Origin: the human T2T-CHM13v2.0 reference genome, Homo sapiens
DNA length: 64,000 nt
Reading direction: 5' to 3' (one strand)
Assembly (NCBI RefSeq): GCF_009914755.1
Contig: NC_060934.1
How positions within the stretch are numbered: position 1 is the stretch's first letter; the number at the start of each line of letters is the position of its first letter. Below, piece by piece: positions 38,870 through 50,887 of this stretch. The position numbers were made by a program, and so were the translations under genes. The notes beneath the pieces were generated by a model that was not told the origin of the DNA, made no database searches, and saw nothing but the letters and a program-made list of their open reading frames with translations.

Positions 38870-39420
38870 ACAAATTTGTCCACCCGTCATCACTAACCCC
38901 ATTTTTATTTAATACTGGTAATGAACAAAACCTGAAGAAGAAATAAAACTAAAATATTTCATTTGTAGATGACATGATTAATTATCTAGAAAAATCTACA
39001 GCAATCAGCTCTAAAATGATTTATTAAATAATAAAAATTTAATAAAGTACCAGATATACTGTATCTTTATACCATGTGAAAATCATTCTGGGAAAATATC
39101 CCATTCAGAATTGCAACAAACGATGTAATATCTAGCAATACATTTGAGAGAGATGTTAGATCTTTGGAAAATAAATTAACATCCAGTGTATTTGAAACAA
39201 TTTTAAGATTCAAATAAAAGCAGAGAAACTGTTTCTAAATCAAGAATATTGGCAAATTATTTGACTAAAAGTAAGATTTTTGGGTTTAACCTCTAACTTC
39301 CAAAATTTCTAGTGATTTATTTTATAGTGATTCTGTAATGAGAAGTCTCGTCCTACTAAATATCAAAAGGTTTTAAAGCAAGAATGTCTAAAACAGTGAT
39401 GATGATGTAAGAATAGGTGT
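38870..39420 (+). mobile_element. Degraded old L1 ORF2 fragment
   Basis: tttgtagatgacatgatt...ctagaaaaatcta resembles the reverse-transcriptase FADDMI-YLENP region. Confidence 0.55.
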
Positions 39421-39479
39421 GTTACCCAGATACCAGAAGAGACTTCTCTGTCTGTTGGAGATTTAAGTATACATTTTCT

Positions 39480-39785
39480 GGCCAGGCCCAGTGGCTCACG
39501 CTTGTAATCCCAGCACTTTGGGAGGCCAAGGAGGTCAGATCACTTGAGATCAGGAGTTCAAGACCAGCCTGGCCAACATGGTAAAACCCCATCTCTACTA
39601 AAAATAGAGAAATTAGCTGGGTGTGGTGGTGCACGCCTGTAGTCTCAGCTACTCGGGAGGCTAAGGCAGAAGAGTCACTTGACCCCAGGTGGCAGGGGTT
39701 GCAGTGAGATGAGATTGTGCCACTGCACTCCAGACTGGGCGACAGTGAGACTGTCTCAAAAAAAAAAAAAAAAAAAAAAAAAAAA
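39480..39785 (+). mobile_element. AluS, full length
   Basis: Dimeric Alu with a ~28-nt A tail. Confidence 0.95.
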
Positions 39786-40936
39786 CAAAGTAAATTTCCC
39801 TTGAAGCCCGACTTCATGGCCGGTGAGAGTCAAGAGACATGGCCTGGATCCCGTGACTTACACAAATCCCTGTGGCTGACTCAGACCTTAGTTTCTCTGC
39901 CTCTGCTTGCATGCCACCTTGGTTTCTGCCAGTGTCAATACATATGTGAAACCAGCCCCTTTACTAGTTTCAAACATTTAACATTTTGTGAGTTAAGAAA
40001 TCCTGAATAGGTGATAGACCAGCAAATGATTTTCTTAATTTTTGAGTGGAACATGCTATCTATGTTCATTCTTTTCTTCTACTCATACTTTACTGAATTA
40101 ATACAGTTGTTTTCTTAAGAGGAATACTGAACAAATAAGCTTGTTTTCATTTTGTAAAACATAGATTACTGGAGCACTATGAGGAATACAAAATTTGTCC
40201 CATCTGTTATCATATACAGTAACTAAATGTATGACAAAATAATCTTTCCTAAGAGAGGGGCACTTAAAGGATATTTGTTCAGTGGTGTTGGATAGTACTA
40301 TTCAGTGATATGTCTTAAAACTAATTAGACAAAAATCATCCGTATATTACACAACCATAGGAATAAAAAAGAAAAGGTAACAGAGAGAATACCTTTACAT
40401 CTCATATTTGAAGAATTAGTAGAACTCACCCAGAAGATACTTGAATATTAAAAATTTTTGTTGGACCAAAATATTATGATTAAAAGGATAATAGAAAATT
40501 GTGGAAACTACATTAAAAATTATAAGGAAAGTGATAATAGGTATAAGTTATATATTGTTGTAAATATGCAAGTTTAGATATCAAGATTATAATACATAAG
40601 TGAGAAATGAATATGACAGATTAAGAATATGAAAGTAAAGACACATGAATAATAAAGAAATATGAGGTTTTTTTCATTGTATTAAAGGACATAAATTTTT
40701 AAAAAGAGAAATCTAATATTTGCAAGTAAGCAGTGCTAACAGACCCTTTTGGGAAATAATGCAGTAATACATGCTGAGAGTCACAATAATGTTTAGAAAT
40801 TTCATAATAACATATTAGGAAACACTATGCTAATTATTTTACATATATATATATATAAAATGCCCAGCTTAAAAACTAATTATAGAACAGCAACATAAAA
40901 TATTACATTTAAATGATTATTTTTGGAGACTATAGA

Positions 40937-41137
40937 ACAACACTGTTCAGGAGAGCTTTGTGGTGATAGAAATATTCTGTGATTGCACTATCCAATATGT
41001 AGCCATTTGGCACATGTGGCTGCTGAGCCCTTAAAATGTGGCTAGGGCAACTGAGAAACTGAATTTTTAATTTAATGTTAATTATTTAAATTTAAATAGA
41101 TAAATGGGGCTAGTGGCCACAATTTTAGATAGTGTAG
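40937..41137 (+). mobile_element. MER3-like hAT MITE
   Basis: gatagaaatattctg...tccaatatgtagcca...aatgtggctag...aactgaattttta. Confidence 0.7.
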
Positions 41138-41351
41138 TTCCAGAAATAAAGAGAAATGTTTGGTATAAGTGAAAATAAAATAGTAAATTTATATGCCATG
41201 ATTACAAGTATGTACATAACTAAATGTACGTATGGAAAGTGATAGTCATAATTAAAATATTTGTGTTAGGATTGAAGGAAATAGGTAATTTTTTTAAAAT
41301 GCTAAATTTTTAAAAGGTTACATGACAATAATGTAACACTTCAGCATTGTA

Positions 41352-41556
41352 CTGGTACTGTTCAGTATGGTAGCCACCAGCCTGATGTGCAATTTAAACT
41401 TACATCTGTTTAAGTAAAATTAAAAATTCAGTACCTTAATCACACTAGCCACATTCCAAATGAGCAGTAGTCATATATGGCTAATGTTTGCCTTTTCGAA
41501 CAATGAAGCTATAGAACATTTTTGCCATTGCCAAAAGTTCTATTGTACAGTGTTGT
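41352..41556 (-). mobile_element. MER3-like hAT MITE, inverted relative to 40937-41137
   Basis: taaaaattcagt...ctagccacatt...tagaacattttt...aaagttctattg. Confidence 0.7.
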
Positions 41557-41716
41557 AGAAAGAACTGGTAAAAGGAATATACTGGAATCAGTCACTGATA
41601 GTTTATTTGTCAGTAGTTTCTAAGGGCACATGAGAATTAAAACTGGAAATTGGATTCAGTAAAAAGTATAAAGGAAGAGTAACATAAGATCCTACTCCTG
41701 TAACTTAGATTAGTGC

Positions 41717-42025
41717 TTTTTTTTTTTTTTTTTTTTTTTTTGAGATAGAGTCTCACTCTGTCGCCCAGACTGGAGTGCAGTAGTGTGATTTCAGCTCACT
41801 GCAGCCTCACCACCTCCTGTATTCAAGTGATTGTCCTGCCTCAGCTACCCAAGTAGCTGGAATTACAGGCATGTTCCACCACTCCTGACTAATTTTTGTA
41901 CTTTTAGTAGAGACGGGGTTTCTCCATGTTTCCCAGGCTGGTCTGGAGTTCCTGAGCTCAAATAATTCACTTGCCTTGGCCTCCCGAAGTGCTAGGATTA
42001 CAGGCTTGAGCCACTGCGCATGACC
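41717..42025 (-). mobile_element. AluS, full length
   Basis: PolyT followed by an antisense dimer. Confidence 0.95.
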
Positions 42026-43226
42026 TACACCAGTGCTCCTTGAAGAATGGGCTATGAACTGGTGCTGGTTTGTTAATCAATCCATGACTAAATGCTTACT
42101 CTCAATTTCTATATTGGTTTAGAAACTCTTACAGCCATGTGATATTTGTGTCATTCAGGCACATCACCTGTCTCCCCGGTTGAAGTTCAGGCCAGTAGTT
42201 TTAACGCAGTTGCCTGGAGAGTTTTATGCAAAGTGAGCTGAGTATAGTCATGACGGTAGTCCATGAACCTGGGTCCCCAAAAGGGAGAAAACAGTCTTTC
42301 ACTACAGATTGCGTGAGAAACATTGGCCAGCATTAAAGAAGGAAAGTAGATTGCTCAGGGAAGTTTTGTAGGGAACTTAAAATGAGATGTTAGTATGGCT
42401 TAGTAATCTGTATTTGCAGGTGAAATGAAAAATTCAGCCCTAAATCTCTGAATATGGTAAACTTAGACTTCATCTTCTGCAGGTGGAAATGAGGCAAGGG
42501 ATCCATTATCCACAGCATGAGTAAGTTTCTAGTCAGTTCCTCTGTCTAGGGAGTTTGTTTTCCCTTTTCGCCCTTGTTGGCCTGGGAGACTCAACCAGCT
42601 TAGTAGTCTTTTCCTTTCAGTAAGATTTCCAACTTTGGGTTGGTCTTTACCCCTTTTTAGCTCTTTTTGTCGTATTATCTGCACTTAGTACTTTGTAACT
42701 GTTTTCACCCCTTCCCCCCAAAGTTAGTTCAAAGGCTTACAGCATGTTGAAAATAGGAAAATTGTTTTTAAATTAAGTGAGTTTTTGTGTACACTTATTT
42801 CTTTAGTCTAAAGTTTTGTTTTAAATCTCTTTTTCACATTTAAACCTGATTCCCTGAGACAAGATATAAAATTGAATTATTTGTGAAATGTGGAAAGGTT
42901 TTTATTGCCTGTAATCAAAGCATAATCTGTCCATTAAAGCATTATTTTAGTGATGAAGGGTGGACATACATCCCAAGTTTACTACCTGTTTTCTTACTGT
43001 GGTTTTGACCATACAGCAAATGGTATTTTATACTCTGAAATGAAATGCACCATACACATTGTCCAGTATGTTTTGAGTTTTAATTCTACATTTTCAGATT
43101 TTGGGGTCAAATGAAATCAAGTACTTTATAAATAGTTGTTTCTTCTGATTCTACTGGCCTTACATGTTAGATTTTTTTAAAGTATACACATTCAGTCCTT
43201 TATCAGTACCATTAATCAAATGTTGA

Positions 43227-43575
<349 letters not shown>

Positions 43576-44873
43576 AGCGTTTCTTCTTTTTCTCTCTAAT
43601 TTATCAAATTTGGAAACAGTTGGAAAACATTTAAAGGAAATAAGTCTCTGTGTTTTTAATAATAGTTTAAAAGTTAAAGGAAAACAAATGAATAATATTC
43701 TGTTTATTATAGTCAGACAAAATGTACATACGAAAATACATAAGGAAATATAGAATGGCATCTTCTGATTTTAATTTAATATTATGGTAATGATTTACTT
43801 AGGCAGAATTATAGCTATAGACAACCATTTTATCACTTTATTTATATCGATCTACTCTCTATGGATGAAAACAGTTAATACTAAAGCATTAAGAAGGTAT
43901 ATTGCTTTTCATCTGTATTAATATTCTTCTTCTGATATTTGATATTTAATAATATATTTTAAAATACTCTGCATGATTTCCTGATCTTAAAGCATTCCAT
44001 TCCTTTCAAGGAATTTGGATTATAATGATTTATTTATAGTATTTTTGTCATTAATATTTTAGGATATGGCATCTTAAAATATTGTATTCCTAACAGTTAT
44101 TTAATATATAATTAAACATCTATATTAGTATTATTTTATATAACATATTTTCAAACTCCTCAGAACATTTGTAGGTTTTTGTTTAATTTTATGTAAGTTT
44201 CACCTTAAGAATATTGACTAATCGGTTAATATTCTTCTTAATCATCGCAATTTTTTAAAATGCTTTCTATGTACCAGGACCTATTTAAGGTACTACAGAT
44301 AATCAGTGTGTCAAAAAACAAAACCAAAATTCCTTTCCTCATGGAGTTTTACATTCTAGTAGATTGATTCTACTGTTGATTCATACTAAATTAATTTATT
44401 AATTATAGTAGATTATTCTGTGGCATTTAACAGAATTCAAAGGGCTACTTTTCTGTTGTTAGGAAATAGCATATGCCATTATCTTGGAAATACAAAGGGA
44501 GGACAGAATTTCCGCTGGCTCTAACCCATTGCTTTTTAATGAGTTTAGCTATGTATATATATTTTAAAATGGAATTTATAATTATGATCATTTGGCAACC
44601 TACAGTTTTTCTGTATTTTTTCAACTTCTCAACTTCCCAGTGATGGGGGTGGATGTTGAACTAGTCACTTAAGGTTTTGGGTCTAAGGAGTAATATTTGA
44701 AACATGCAGTATTTAGAGGAGATATTTTTGTGAATGAAGAGAATGTGATTTTAAGAATACTCATGATTTTATCTAATTTCTGTTCTCAAAACTTCATTTT
44801 GTAATATAGAAGATAAGCTTGATCAAAATAGTTTGATCCCAGTATAATCTTTTACTCTTCTCTCCTCCCTTAG

Positions 44874-45016
44874 GACAACCTTAAACTTCCACCACAAGAG
44901 GAATATAAAGAGGTCCCTCCTGCACCAAGAAAGATCTGCAGATCTTTTTCAGTGTTCTTGGAGGTGTGGGGTGTGAGAACTTGATCAGTTTGTGTCAGCC
45001 ACCTTGTTCTCTAAAG
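44874..45016 (+). other. Candidate non-coding cassette exon (143 nt; alternative distal donor after 45548)
   Basis: Strong acceptor cttttactcttctctcctcccttAG| and donor ctaaag|GTaagc; second donor taaaag|GTatgt at 45548. Stop codons in all three frames. Confidence 0.65.
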
Positions 45017-47394
45017 GTAAGCACTGTGTAGTGAGTGCACACTCGTGGGCCCAGGCTCCTAACCTAAGACTGGTTTTGGAATGCTCCATTGAGGGTGTGA
45101 GACCTTCAGACGTTCGCACAGAAGGGAGGCCCTACCTGTGGGTAGGACATCACACATTCATCAAGAGGTGCTTTTCGTTATTTAGAAGTGAAGCATGTCC
45201 TGGGGATGTATGGATATTTTTGTTTTGTTTTACTTTAAAAAAAATCCCAGTCATAGTAAAACCTTCCAGTTTAGTCTGCATTTATTCAGTTAATAACTGC
45301 TGGAGTTAATCAAAAATTTTTCTTGTATGTCTTGAGATATGGATTAAGAATTTTGAAACAATGACACCATTTAGGCAATCTAGTGACATAATAGCTTCAG
45401 TTGATAGAGCCAGCTGTGAAGAATTACTTTTCATGATCTTTTTGAAGCTGTATCTTATCTTTACTTCAGGGAAAGCCCCTCAAACCATTTTGTATTCTGT
45501 ATTACACTTCAGAAAGTGTGGAAGCAAAGGTCATCTAATCTTTAAAAGGTATGTAATCATAAAATTTTTTATGTCAGATCTTAATTGAAAAATATTACTT
45601 AAAACTTGAAAAAATTACTTAAAATTGGCAATTTCTTTTTCGTCTTACAACTTCTTCCTGTCTTCAGGAAATGAAGAATAAATATGTTGGTTCTATCAGG
45701 GAAACCTTATGAAGGATAAGCAAATTAATGTCTGTGCTTTACTTCCAAATTCTGACATCAGAAAACCTTATTGTTAACTAATATAATCTATAGATGTCTC
45801 TCAAAATGACCAGTCTTAAATTCAAATGTCATTTGGATATCATTAATTGACTATGGAGAAGAGCAGAAGCATGCTGATTTCGAAAATGTCATTAATATTA
45901 GGATTAGGTCAGTCTTAGGCAAGAATACTTTGAATAACAAGAGACTAAATGTCTAGTAAAACATTTTAGATTGTAATTCCCAGTATTCTGTAGTATTAAC
46001 AATGAGACTTAAAGTACTGGTGAAGAAATTAAATTTGTCCCTTTCATTTATCTTTTCTTAAAGCTCTTAAAGTGATCCTGAAGACTTTAGTTCTACAAAA
46101 TGTGAACTTCTTATGGACCATTAAAGTGGGGAGTAATCTGCTGATTTTTGTCTAGCAACCCTACCTCTGATGCAGGATAATTTTTCAAAACCGTTGTTCT
46201 TCCTATAGCTGTATAATAGAAGATATTAAAGAGGAAAAATACTTGTGTGTTTGCTGTTAGAATGAGGAAAAAATACAAATTGGACCTTTTTGAAAAACCT
46301 TGAGAACCAATTTACTTTTTTTGTATGTAAATGGTCGAGGAGTTAGAACTAGTCTTGGTTATTATAACTGCAGGTAAACTTAAAAGATTTAAATCTTCAA
46401 AACAGATATCATGTAGGTTTTATTAGAAAAGAAATATAGATTATTGGGTGTATAGAGATAATCTATATATACGTACAGTTTTTTTTAATTTTTATTTGCA
46501 AGAGCATGCTAAATATCTTAGCCTTTATAATAGCATAGAATAGAATGGACAAATATGTTATCCCTTTTTGCCAGTTGAGAAAACACTTTGAATTAAATCT
46601 CCAACCTAATGAAAATTATAAGGTGGGTTATAGAAATAACTAAACAGGTTATTATTTCTTAACCAAACTAAAGGTTTATTCTAACTAAAATACTTGTAAT
46701 CTAAGAAGTCTCCCTAAACATACACCTTTTTTAAAGTGAGTTTTGTTTTATGATAGTACATATTTTAGCAACATACTTTAGAAAAGAAAAGTTTATTTCA
46801 CTATCCTAGAACTCGTGTTCTAATTTCAGATCAGTTTTGTAGGATGTATAAATAAAATGGGGACCTATGAGATCTATGAGATCTTGCCGTCTGTATCTAC
46901 AGTATCAAAAATAAGATCATTTCCTTAACAATTCTTATTAATAACTTATCCATCTCAATTCATAGGAGGTGACAAAATCAACTGTTGTTCTATGATTTTG
47001 ATCATAGGTAGGAGGGAAAACCCAAAATAATGGTACCGAGGGCTTCTTCCATTGAAACTAATATCTGGGAGAAGATTTGATTTTCATGTGTACATATACA
47101 CATACCTATATTAGTGTTTATTTCTTTTTTCTAATCATGTAAGAATTTGTCAAAGATCAGGTTTCTGATTTGTCTTTCATCGGTATCTGTATGCCACATT
47201 TTGTTTTTGTTTTTGAAGTGTTCCTAGCCAGTTCATGCTAGTCCCTACTATAAATTTTGTTTCCCTGGCATGATCATGCTCTTTACCTACTCTGGTAGCT
47301 GGAGGGAGGTGAGAGAAGCAGTCTTATGTGTTTACCGTACTGATTTTTTTTTAGAGATGGGACAACAAAGAAATTCTAGCCTTTGGAGACATCT

Positions 47395-47715
47395 AGACCA
47401 GCACTATATGGTACAAAGATAATTCGAGCCATAAATAGAAGCTACGTATGTAATTTTAAGTTCTTAATGGCCATATTAAGAAAATAAAAAGAGGCAAAAT
47501 TAGTTTTCATTACATTTTATTTAACCCAATATATACAAAAATATTATTCCAACATATAATTAATAGAATGTTTTATGAGATTTTTTTCATACTCAGCATT
47601 CAAAATCTGTGTATTTTATACTCACAGCACATCTTATATTGGACTAGCCACAGTTCAAGTGCTCAATAGCCGCACGTGGCTAGTAGGTACCATATTCCAC
47701 AGTTCAGATCTAGAC
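47395..47715. mobile_element. MER33-like hAT element
   Basis: tatgtaattttaag...ttttatttaacccaatatat...ctagccacagttcaagtgctcaatagccgcacgtggctagt. Confidence 0.7.
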
Positions 47716-47788
47716 AATGAGTGGAATTCTCATTTTAGCCTCATACATGCCAAAATCCACTGGATGACCCTGCGAACTCCCCTTGTTT

Positions 47789-47987
47789 AGAGTTTCCAAA
47801 TTTAGCAGAAGGAAAAAACAAAACAAAACAGGATGTCCAGTGTAATTTGAATTTCAAGTAAATAACAAATAATGGTTTAGTGTAATTTTGTCCCATGCTA
47901 TATTTGAGGCAAACTTTTACCAAAGAAGTTACTGCTTATTCGAAATTCAAATTTGACTGGGTGTCCTATATTTTATCTGACAACCCT
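47789..47987. mobile_element. MER53 palindromic MITE
   Basis: caggatgtccagt..aatttgaatttc mirrored by gaaattcaaattt..actgggtgtcct; central gtcccatgctatatttgaggc; ends gacaaccct. Confidence 0.8.
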
Positions 47988-48977
47988 TCTCTGGTTTAAC
48001 TTGAGAAGAGGACATCATCAGGCTGCCTGGAATCTTGGAGGACTAGAAAATAGAGCATCTCTTTCTCTGCGCAGGATTTTAATAATCCTCCAAAAATCAG
48101 CCTGTAAACTAGAAGATATCTCTAGCCCATTTCTTCCTAATGACCTAGTATGTTTAAGACAGAAGAGGGGCTCAAATGGCAAGGATTTAGTCCATACATA
48201 TTTAAACATTTTACATCTAAATTATTACATTAAGATATAAGGTTTACGAAATTTTACAATTTTTGAATGATTACTTGAATTTATAAAATGTAGATCATCT
48301 AACAGCACAACGCTGCTATCATTTCTCTTGAAAACTAATTCTCCTTTGACAGTAACCACAGCAGTTTTCAGGGTCTTGGCCATTTCAAGGTATTTTCCTA
48401 CCATTGGTTTCCATTGCATCTGTCACATAAACCTCTGGTAGTCAAGCATGAACACAAAATACAAGGCTACTGAATGCAGGGATTAGGCTTACTTCGTTAC
48501 AAGTATTTAAGTACTTGTAATTCTTAGCTCTGGTGTTGACCATTGGATCCTGACCAGTTCAGCAATCAGTCTCCTAAGAGCTTCTTTTACAGAGGAACAT
48601 CTTTCCGTTTTCATTCTTTAACATTTTTAATGTATTGATTTTAGTACATTTTTGAAGCATACAGTCACCTCCTTAGTAGTGTGGATCTACCCTCAAGTGC
48701 TATAGAAGAGACTGTTTGTCTCGAAAGACAGTCATTGCACCACCTCTCTCCAGAGAATACTTTTCCTTCACAAGGTGCATGACTCAAGATGACAGGCTTA
48801 CATTATTATTTATGTAGGCAGGTGGATGCCAACTGCCAGTGCAGGGTGGCATAAGTTAGCGTTCCAAAGTTAAGCTATGGTGCATTCCAAATCCATTCAC
48901 ACTTAGGAGAATGTACCCAAGAGTGTGGGGATGTTTTCAATTACTGCATTTCCTTCAGAGAACAAGAACCACAGGTA

Positions 48978-48981
<4 letters not shown>

Positions 48982-49027
<46 letters not shown>
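48982..49027 (+). repeat. (TG)23 microsatellite directly after a consensus donor
   Basis: ccacag|GTAAGT t (TG)23. Confidence 0.95.
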
Positions 49028-49029
<2 letters not shown>

Positions 49030-50587
49030 ATCCAATAATTATTTCTAAATAAGAAATTTCAGAATTTGAAAATATTGCCCCTCCCCCAAAACAGTCACCT
49101 GAAAGGTCTCAAATATAGCTTTCGGTATATATTTTTCTTCCTCACTCTAAGAAGGAAGGTATTGGAGTTGGTGGTGATGGTGGAGTTGGGATGAGGGAGA
49201 CAATTTACTGTCATTTGAAAGCTGTGAATGTCACACATTTTCATGTCTAGAAATATCCTGGGTTTATGTAAGAATCTGATTTTGCCTAACCTCTAATGTC
49301 TCAGGTATGAATTATTTTGTCAGATTAACACATCTATATAAGTAAGATGTTCAGCCTTGCTTAGCTAATGTCTTCAACAGCAATGAGTAAACTAATGAGT
49401 TGTGTCTGCATTTTTCACTTTTATTCTCAAGACTGACTTCCTTTTGTTTAAAGGCTTTTGCCTTATTTCTGAAACCATAATTTAAAGCTACAAAAGACCT
49501 GAAATATAATCTAGTACCCTTTTTACCTGGGGATCCTTGGATGGATTTCAGAGATTCTGTTGAATCCCCTAAAATTACAGTCATATTTTGTATATATGTG
49601 TTTTTACTGGGGAGAATGTCCATATTTTCATCATATTCTCAGAGGATTTCATAACAAAAAATTTGGTCGACAACCACTGTGATCTAGTCTAATGTGATCA
49701 TTTTACTGATAAACTGAAGTTGAAAGAATTTAACTTATCTTCATTTGAAATTTAATACTTGTGAAAATTAAAGTTTATTTCTTTAAAATTCATACTGATT
49801 TTTAAAAGAAAAATACATTTAACTTCAACTAATTAAACTTGAAAATACCAGCCTAAATGGGAGCAGTTAGTTTGCTAATGCTTTCTTCTGTTCTGCCCTT
49901 TGAGTGGACTCTACTAGTTAACATTAAAATGGCCTTCCAATAAAGTATGAGGCTATGTGATAAGTTCTTGAAGATAGATTAAAAAGAAAAGGAATTATCC
50001 ATTATAATTTAAATCCCTTTTTCTCTCTTCAAATTCTGTCTCCAAAACTAAAACTCAAGAAAATAGGTGAATAATGTTATTTTTATATTTCCAGAATATT
50101 AAAAAAGTAGGTAATTGCCTTAATAAACATTACACTGGGCATTATTGGGACAGTTTTAGGTTCTGAACCCTAGTTAAAGAAATTCTTCAGTAGCCTATAT
50201 ACACTTCCTGTTGGTTTTCAGTGATAAGGGCATTTTAAGGTCTTTTTGATCATAAGATGCTTTTAATGTTATAGTAGGACTTTAGAAATGGTAAGTAAGC
50301 AAGTTCTGTATTAATTAGGGAAACTAATACCTTTTTCTCAAAATGAAGGAAATATTATTTTTTCTTTTTCTTGGTACTAACCAGTAAAGTCTGCCTAGTT
50401 TAAGATCTAGTGCATTTATACCATAAACTGAATATTAGAATAAAAAGAAATATAGAGGATGTTATATAAAAGACAATTATTTTCTGAAAGGAGTAGAAAA
50501 CAAGGCAACTTGGAACACTACATATATATAAATGTAAAATATATTAATATACTTTTATATAGATGATATTATATATCCATATATATA

Positions 50588-50887
50588 TTTTTTTGTTTGT
50601 TTGAGACAAGGTCTCACTCTGTCACCCAGCCTAGAGTGCAGTGGCACAACCACAGCTCACTGGAGCCTCGACCTCTGAGGCTCAAGCCATCCTCCTGTTT
50701 CAGCCTCCTGAGTAGCTGGAACCACAGGTGTGCACCAAGATGCTGAGCTAATTTTTCTGTGTTTTTTGTTGAGACGGGGGTCTCATCATGTTGCCCAGGC
50801 TGGTCTCAAACCCCTGAGCTCAAGCGATCCTCCCACCTTGGTCTCCCAAAGAGCTGGGACTATCAGGCATGAGCCACCATGCCCAGC
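50588..50887 (-). mobile_element. AluJ
   Basis: Antisense dimer with AluJ-type sequence. Confidence 0.9.
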
